From: Cyanophora paradoxa CCMP329
Lineage: Eukaryota; Plantae; Glaucophyta
NCBI GenBank assembly: GCA_004431415.1
Contig: QPMI01000520.1
Span: forward strand, 124,001-188,000
Reading direction: 5' to 3'
DNA: 64,000 nt
The notes under the pieces are model-generated. The model made no database searches, was not told the DNA's origin, and worked only from the letters and a program-made list of their open reading frames with translations. The position numbers and the translations under genes were made by a program. Below, one piece after another: positions 57,612-64,000 of the stretch; positions within the stretch are counted from its first letter, which is position 1, and each line of letters starts with the position of its first letter.

Positions 57612-59174
57612 ATGGGTCGCGGCGGCGGGATGGGGGCAGGAGGAAAGGGTCCCGACACGCTCTACATTAGCTTACTGGTGCGCTCAAAGCGCCGATGAGC
57701 TTCCTTGGTCCCTTGCGCTGGCTCCATGCATCGCGCCTGACGCCGTTCTTCGCCAGCCGCCCGAATATCTGGAAGATCAACGTGCGTTCGAGCGATCGTC
57801 CGATTCGCTTCGAAATCGGGTTTCTATGAAAGCCCCTCATGCCCCAATCCCGCAGTACAACAGGAGTTCCAGCGAGCCGGTGTGACAAACTATGCGCATA
57901 TGAACCTGAAGAGAACATCGGACGGTCGCTCGCGAGGTGCGGAGCCGTGGCGTAGCTCGGCGCGGCGCGCCTGATGCCCGCCGTCGGGAAGGCTTCATGT
58001 TCCTGGAGTTCGAGCGCAACGAGGACGCGGAGGACGCACGACAGAAGCTCACGAGCCTGCAGATCAACGGGAAGCCGATCAGCGTGCAGTGGGCAGAGTT
58101 CCAGAGGGTGCGGCTGCGCGAGCCTCTGCCTTGCGCCCGCTGCTTCTGACATCCGCTGGCGGCGCGCAGTTAGACGAAGAGGTGATGAGCAAAGTGCGGG
58201 CGATCTTCGTTAGCGGGCTCCCCGGCAGCACGACAGACGAGGACATGAGGACGCTGTTCGGGCAGTACGGCCCCCTGGAGCGAGTGCGCGGGCCCCCGTC
58301 GACCCCGCGGGCCGCCGCCGGGGCCGCCAACGCGGTGGGGCGCAGGTGACGGTGCCGCGCAAGTTCGAGGACGCGACGCAGGCGAAGGGCTTTGCCTTCC
58401 TCGACTTCCAGGTCCCTCCCCCCGAGCGCCCCGCGCCAGCGCCCGCGGCTTACGGCGCGGCGGCGCAGCGGAGAGAGGACGCGCTGGAGGCGATCAAGCA
58501 CTTGAACGGGAGCGTGTTCCGGAACTACCGCATAGCGGTGGAGCTCGCGCGACCCGACGGCAAGAAGGGCCAGGAGCGGCGCTCCGGCGGCCCGCCCGGC
58601 GAGCGCCTCCCCAACCGCGGGCCGCCCCCGCCGCGGGACCGCTACGGCGGGGACTACGGGCGCGACCGGGACCGGTACGGGGACCGGGACAGGGAGCGGG
58701 ACCGCTACGGGGACCGGGACGCGCGGGGCCCGCCGCGGATGGGCCCGCTGGGCCTCACGGAGGCGGAGATGATCGTGGCGGTGGAGCTGGAGCACGCGCT
58801 GCTGCAGAAGGCGGCGGCGGGGCTCGGCATCACGGGGCCCCTCCCCGCCATGCTCAACACCGGCAGCTTCGCCCAGCTCCTCAACCCCGCCCTCTCCATG
58901 ATGGCCCGCCCCGCCCCGCCCCCGTCCCTCCGCCCCCCGCGCCCTCTCTCCTCGCCCCTGACGCATCGCGCAGCCCGGCCACATGGCCGCCGCCCCCGCC
59001 GCCGCCTTCGGCTACGGCCCCGCCGGCTTCGGCGCCGCTGCGGTCGGCGCTCTGTTCGGCGGCGCGCAGGCCGGCCCGGCAGGCGGCGGCATGGGAGGCA
59101 TCGTCGTCCCGCCCAGCGCCGGCGGGCCCGTCCGCCCCCCGCACGCCGGCGGCGCCCGCTTCGCGCCCTACTAG
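57612..59174 (+). CDS. hnRNP R/Q-like RNA-binding protein (2 RRMs, RD/RY repeats, Gly-rich tail)
   Basis: TLYISLLP..RSRGFMFLEF; VQWAE..DEEVMSKVRAIFVSGLP; KGFAFLDF; ends ARFAPY (PY-NLS-like). Confidence 0.88.
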
Positions 59175-59393
59175 CTCTGAAGCCCATGTCCTCCCTCTAG
59201 ACCCTCGCGTTCGCCGCAAGCCCAGTGCTTGTCTCGCATGTTGAAGCACTCGCTATTGAAGTTGCAGAAGGGCGGGGATCATCGGATGATCGACCTTCTG
59301 GCTGTGCCCTTCCTGATGGCCCCCAGATGGTCCCCTGCGCTCACTCGGCCCTCTACCCCGGACCCCTGGCAGAATTCCAGGCACCCGGGAAAT

Positions 59394-59420
59394 TGGCAAA
59401 TTGGCAATGCCAATTTGCCA
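59394..59420. repeat. Perfect 13-bp inverted repeat upstream of the RNB gene
   Basis: TGGCAAATTGGCA-A-TGCCAATTTGCCA; another near-copy of the arm at 59428-59438. Confidence 0.9.
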
Positions 59421-59455
59421 GAGGCATTGGCAAATTGGAAATGCAGGGTAGCGCG

Positions 59456-61040
59456 ATGCCCGAACCGCCGCCGGCCGCGGCCGCTTCCTGCTGCTCAGCG
59501 TTCGCAGCTGTCGCATTGGGCTGGTCCGGCGCACGCTTCTATGCCGGCGCTCGTATACGCCCCGATCCGAGCGCGAGCGCTTGGCGGCGCTGCCAGGTGG
59601 CTCCGGCCGCCGCAAGCGCACGCCACGGTGCCGCGGTGGCTGCGGAGCTGACGCAGGACGACCGCAAGCTGCTGGAGGCGCTCGCTGTTGTCGAACGGCC
59701 GCCGCGTGCCCTGCGCGAGCGCGCTTTCAAGGCGAGCCTGCCGACGTCCCCGCAAGCGGCGCGGCTGGTCCTCCTGGAACGCGGCCTCTGGACCCCCCGC
59801 GGCTGCGCCGCCGCTGCTGCGGAGGCCGCTGCGCGCGCCGACGCCCGCTCCTTCCTCCGCGCCACATCGCCGGTGCCGTGCCCCGCTGCCCAGGGCGCGC
59901 TAGCGAGACGCGCCGCGCGCGCTCACGTCGCCCCGCGGGCCGCGCAGTTCAGCGGGGCGGCGTTGGACGAGGCGGGGCGACTCGCGGGGCGGCTGCATGC
60001 GCGGGCGGGCGGCTCGGGCTCGGAGTCGGCGTGGGCGGGCGGCGGGGTCGACCTGCGCGGGCTCGCGGCGCACGCGATGGACCACTACGCGCGCGGCCGC
60101 TGCGACGACGCCCTCGCAGCGGCGGCCGACGAGGCCGCCCGCCCTTGGCTCCTCCTCCTCCTCGCCGACGCCGCCGACGCCGTCCCGCCCGGTGCGCGCC
60201 CCGCCCCGGCCGGCCTGCGGCTGCCCTCTGGATGCCTCGAGCCTGCCGGGCCCCGCAGGGTCCCTGGTCGACGAGACCACGAGCATGCGCGGCGAGGTGC
60301 GGGGACCCGCCCCTCTCACACCCGATCCGGTCCGATCCGACCCGACCGCAGTCTCTGTATCTCCCCGCTGGCCTCGTCCCGATGCTGCCCCTCGCCCTCG
60401 CCGAGGCCGCGGCCCTCTCCCCCGACCGCCCCTCCAACCCGGTGCCCCTCTCCACCCCGCCGCCCCCTCCCTGCAACAGCTGAGGCCTGCTGCCCGCAGG
60501 CGCTGTGCATCGCGCTCCCCGCGTTCGAGGGGGAGGCCCCTCCCGGGGCCGTGTTCCGGTGCACCGCGGGGCGCCTCCGCCGCCACTCCTTCGACGGGGT
60601 CGACGCCGCCCTCGCCGCCCCCGCCCCGGCCCTCGCCCCCGACCTCCTCTTCGCCCTCGCCGCCGCCCCGCGCCTCCCCCCGACCCCCGCCCGCCTCGCC
60701 CCCCCGCCTCCCCTCCGGCCGCTCCTCGCTTCCGACGTACCCCCCGACATCCGGCCCCCGCCCCCGGGTCCGCCCGCCCGCCCTCTCCGCCCTCCTCGCG
60801 GCCGCCTCGCGCGCGGCACTCGCGGCGGCCGAAGAGGCGCGGGTGGCTCTGCCTGCGAGCCGGCGGTGGGACGCGCGGCGGAGGCGGCCGCTGACGGGGC
60901 CGCTGCGGCGGCGGCTGGACCTGGTCGCCCACCAGCAGCTCGCGGCGGCCCTCGCCGGGGCCGAGCCGCCCTACGACGCCGCCGCCCTCGCCGCCGAGGC
61001 CGCCGCCGTCGAGCGCCGCTGCGCCCTCGCCCCGCGCTAG
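59456..61040 (+). CDS. Degenerate RNase II/RNB-domain protein, probably organellar
   Basis: DLRGLAAHAMDHYARGRCDDAL, LADA, GSLVDE, SLYLPAGLVPMLP, TGPLRRRLDLVAHQQLAAAL. Confidence 0.7.
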
Positions 61041-61152
61041 CCCCCTCGAGTTCTCGACATCGTCTAATTTGAAAGAAAGGAGCTTTACACGTGCACACAG
61101 TGTGCGAGCGCGCCGGCAGCTAGGGGCCCGGGCGGCGGGGCGGGGCCGGCGG

Positions 61153-64000
61153 CTAGTCGAAGATGCGGGTGACGCCGGAGAAGGGGCGGCTGCACATGGG
61201 GCAGGGCTTGCGCGTGGCGAGGAGGGTCGTGGAGCAGGCGTCGCAGAGGCAGTGCCCCAGGCCGCAGTTGAGCATCCGCCGCTGCTCCCGTGCCTTCTGC
61301 TCCATGCACACCCCGCACTCGAACGAGGCCGAGAGCTCCCGCGCCCGCGCCTCGATCTGCAGCCGCTGCAGCGCCTGGAGCCGCCCCGAGAGCTCCCCCG
61401 CCATCCCCTCCAGCTCCGCCGCGCCCAGGCGCCGCAGGGCTTCCTCCCCGGGCCACCCCCCGGGACCCGCGCCAGGGGAGCCGGCGGCGCGGAGGCGGGC
61501 GGCCTCGGCGCGCGCGGCCTCGGCCTCGCGCTCGGCGGCGGCGGCGAGCTCGGCGGCGGCGGCGAGCTCCCGCCCGAGCGCCACGCACTGCTCCTCCAGC
61601 GCCGCCGCCCGCGCCTCGGCCTCCCGCGCCGCCTTCGCCACCGACGCCGCCCACGCGTCCGCCGCCGCCGCCCCGGCCTCCGCCGCCGCCGCCCGCCGGG
61701 CCGCCTCCTCGGCGGCGGCGGCGGCCCAGGCCTCCGCCTGGGCGGCGCGGGCCTCGGCCTGGGCGGCGCGGGCCTCGGCGAGGGCGGCGCGGCGGGCCTC
61801 GGCCTCGAGGGCGGCGCGCATCTCGGCCCCGATCTGCTCCGAGGCCGCCGCCACGAGCTGCGCCGCCTCCACGGGGCGCCCCAGGGCGCCCCGCCCACCC
61901 CACGCCCCGCTGCCCCCGCCCCGCCCCGCCGGCCCCCGCCGCCGGCCCCGGCGTCTCCCGGGGCGCTGCCAGGCGGCGGTGGCCTCCTCGGTGGCGGCGG
62001 GGTCGTCCCAGCCGGCCCAGCCCGTCCCGCCCCGGGCCACTCGTCGTGCCCCAGGCTCCCCTCCTCCTCCTCCTCCTCCTCCGCCTCCGCCACCTCCGCC
62101 TCCTCCTCTTCCCCGCCGCCTCCTCGAGGTCCCAGAAGGCCGCCTCGCCGTCGTCGGGCGCCTCCGCCGGGCCCGCCCGAACCTCCACTCCTCCGCCCCG
62201 CCGTCCCGGCGCGGCCGCCTTCGCCTCGTCCGCGCGGGGCGGCGGCCGCGCCGGCGGCTCCCGCTCCGCAAGCTCTTCCCAGCTCTCCGCCGCCGCCGCC
62301 GCCTCACCCGCCTCCGCCGCGCCGGCCCCGCATCCGCCGCGGCATCGGACGCGGCCTCGGCCTCGGCGGGGCCTCCGAGTGCGGGGCGGGGGCCTCGGGC
62401 GGCTCGGCGCTGCTGCCCGACGGCTTCCGGCTCCGCGCTCGCCGGCGGCTCGCCCGGGCCGAGGCGCGCAGCGAGCCCAGACGCGGCACCCGCGCCGGGC
62501 GCGCCTCGCCCGGCCCCGCCTCGCCCTCGCCGTCCGGCCCATCCTCCCCATCCCCCGGCTCCGCCGCCGCCGCTGCTGCCGCCGCCGCCGCCACCGGGCC
62601 GGGTGCTGATCGGGCGCCTCGGGAGCAGGGGCGGGGCGGGGGCGCGGGGGCCGGGCCCCTGCTCGGCGTCCGAGGCGAGCTCCTCCCAGTTGTCCCGCGC
62701 GGGGCTCACCGAGGGGCCCCCGCCGGCGGCGAGCACGGGCCCCACGCCCCGGCGACTCCGGCCCCACCGCCGCCCCGCTGCCGGCCCCGCCGCCAGGGCC
62801 GGCGGGGGCGGGGGCGAGGGCGGCCGCGGCGGAATGGCGACCTGCGGGGCGCCTGCCGCGGCCGCCCTCGCCCTGGCCTTCTTGGAAGGGGAGGTCGGCA
62901 GCGGGGGCGCCCGGAAGAGGCGCCCTCTTCGGCCGCCGCCGCCGGAGCGGGCGGGGCGCTCGAGGGCTCCTCGGGCCTGCCGGGGCGGCGGGGAGGGCGG
63001 GGGACGAGGAGGGTGCCGGCCCATCCGCCTCCTCGTCGGCGGCGTGCCGCTGGCCCCAGCCGCTCTGCGCGCGCGCGCCGTCAGGGCGGGCGGGGCGGGG
63101 CGGCCGAGGGCGCCCCCACGCACCCGGAGCCAGGAGGCGCCCCGCGGCGGCTGCACGCGAACAGGGCGCGCCCCTCCGCCGCAGGAGGCCGCGCCGGGGC
63201 GCGGGCGCGGAGGGCCCCGGGGGGCGGGGCGGGGGCGGGGGCGGGGGCGGCTGGGGGGTGCGGGGAGGGGGCGGGGCACGCGGGCGCGAAGGCGACGAGG
63301 GCGACCATGGCGAGCTTCAGGCTGGCGATGACGTCCGGCGCGAGGTTCGCGCGGGGGCCGGCCGCCAGCGCGGCCGCCCCTCGGGCCGCCCCGCGGAGAC
63401 GGCGAGGCCCTCGCGCGGGCGTCGGGCACCTCCCATGCGAGGCAGCCGTCGGCGGCGACGGCGGCGCCGCCCTCGGCGCGCAGGGCGGCGTCGCGGCAGC
63501 GGTGGAAGTGGCAGGCGGCGGCGGTGGCGGAGGGGGCGTCGGGGCCCTCCCTGCCGGAGACGCAGAGGCCGAGGGCGACGCCGTGCACCTCGCAGCGCTC
63601 CAGCGAGAGGGCGGCCCGGCGCCCCGCCAGGCGCGCCCGCACGAGCCGCGGGCCCGCCCCGCGTGCGAGAGGACCGAGTCGAGGAGGGCGAGGCGGGAGT
63701 CGTCGCCGGCGGCGCGGACGGCGTCGGGGAGGGCCCGGCGGCGAGGACGTCGCAGCGGGCGAGGCGCCAGCGGGCGCGGCGGCCGCGCAGCGCGACGCCG
63801 CCGGCGACGGTGAGGTCCCGGAGCTCGACCACCGCGTCGTCGCCCTCCACGGCGAGGGCCCCACGGCGCCGTTCCCCTCCCCGCGCACCAGCACGTGCGC
63901 CCCGGGCGCCGCCAGCCGCGCCGGGGCCCCCGCCGGCGTCCCCACCAGGTCCCCGCCATCCCCTGCGCGCCCAGGCGGGCCAGCCGCCTCGGCTCGGCGC
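61153..64000 (-). CDS. Beta-helix-like, coiled-coil and C-terminal RING finger protein; 5' end outside the window
   Basis: RING CGVCME...NCGLGHCLCDAC...CPMC; coiled coil; N-terminal VELRDLTV / LARCDV / LERCEVHG / ACHFHRC repeats. Confidence 0.75.
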   Translation of the reverse strand, partial: RRAEAAGPPGRAGDGGDLVGTPAGAPARLAAPGAHVLVRGEGNGAVGPSPWRATTRWSSSGTSPSPAASRCAAAAPAGASPAATSSPPGPPRRRPRRRRRLPPRPPRLGPLARGAGPRLVRARLAGRRAALSLERCEVHGVALGLCVSGREGPDAPSATAAACHFHRCRDAALRAEGGAAVAADGCLAWEVPDARARASPSPRGGPRGGRAGGRPPREPRAGRHRQPEARHGRPRRLRARVPRPLPAPPSRPRPRPRPAPRGPPRPRPGAASCGGGARPVRVQPPRGASWLRVRGGALGRPAPPALTARARRAAGASGTPPTRRRMGRHPPRPPPSPPPRQARGALERPARSGGGGRRGRLFRAPPLPTSPSKKARARAAAAGAPQVAIPPRPPSPPPPPALAAGPAAGRRWGRSRRGVGPVLAAGGGPSVSPARDNWEELASDAEQGPGPRAPAPPLLPRRPISTRPGGGGGGSSGGGGAGGWGGWAGRRGRGGAGRGAPGAGAASGLAARLGPGEPPASAEPEAVGQQRRAARGPRPALGGPAEAEAASDAAADAGPARRRRVRRRRRRRAGKSLRSGSRRRGRRPARTRRRRPRRDGGAEEWRFGRARRRRPTTARRPSGTSRRRRGRGGGGGGGGGGGGGGGGEPGARRVARGGTGWAGWDDPAATEEATAAWQRPGRRRGRRRGPAGRGGGSGAWGGRGALGRPVEAAQLVAAASEQIGAEMRAALEAEARRAALAEARAAQAEARAAQAEAWAAAAAEEAARRAAAAEAGAAAADAWAASVAKAAREAEARAAALEEQCVALGRELAAAAELAAAAEREAEAARAEAARLRAAGSPGAGPGGWPGEEALRRLGAAELEGMAGELSGRLQALQRLQIEARARELSASFECGVCMEQKAREQRRMLNCGLGHCLCDACSTTLLATRKPCPMCSRPFSGVTRIFD

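Noticed and set aside
1-64000. Hundreds of long Arg/Pro/Gly/Ala-rich ORFs on all frames (e.g. 12025-14280, 52377-54701, 61069-63813)
   Set aside because: Shadow ORFs caused by stop-codon scarcity at very high GC; they overlap spliced genes with recognisable motifs

Overview
Eukaryotic nuclear DNA, extremely GC-rich and gene-dense. I read about 25 protein-coding genes interrupted by many short (about 50-75 nt) spliceosomal introns, so the supplied ORF track is mostly shadow ORFs, and all gene models below were spliced by eye (internal boundaries and some starts are approximate). A tocopherol cyclase and a PurM carry N-terminal extensions starting MAAF-/MESFV-. This Phe-near-start transit peptide is typical of glaucophytes and red algae, and with the base composition and intron style it suggests a glaucophyte such as Cyanophora (inference). 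Recognisable genes: CacyBP/SIP, a divergent dynamin-family GTPase, RecQ helicase, DCAF15-like, akirin, F-type lectin, dCache hybrid histidine kinase, archaeal-looking PurM, VTE1, MIF, TlyA, two TKL kinases (one a Kelch-kinase-RING fusion), COA1/TIM21-like, NDUFAF4-like, LRR protein, VTC1/DUF202-propeller fusion, hnRNP R/Q-like RRM protein, degenerate RNB protein and a beta-helix/RING protein. The most unusual signals are: (1) four unrelated orphan or lectin-like genes that all end in a last-exon acidic Ala/Glu tail with a hydrophobic terminus, a candidate undescribed C-terminal sorting signal; (2) non-coding DNA full of short perfect palindromes and tandem self-complementary hexamers; (3) frequent GC-AG introns and G-rich rather than pyrimidine-rich 3' intron ends; (4) several prokaryote-like genes (PurM, dCache kinase, TlyA). 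No rRNA, tRNA or CRISPR array was seen.
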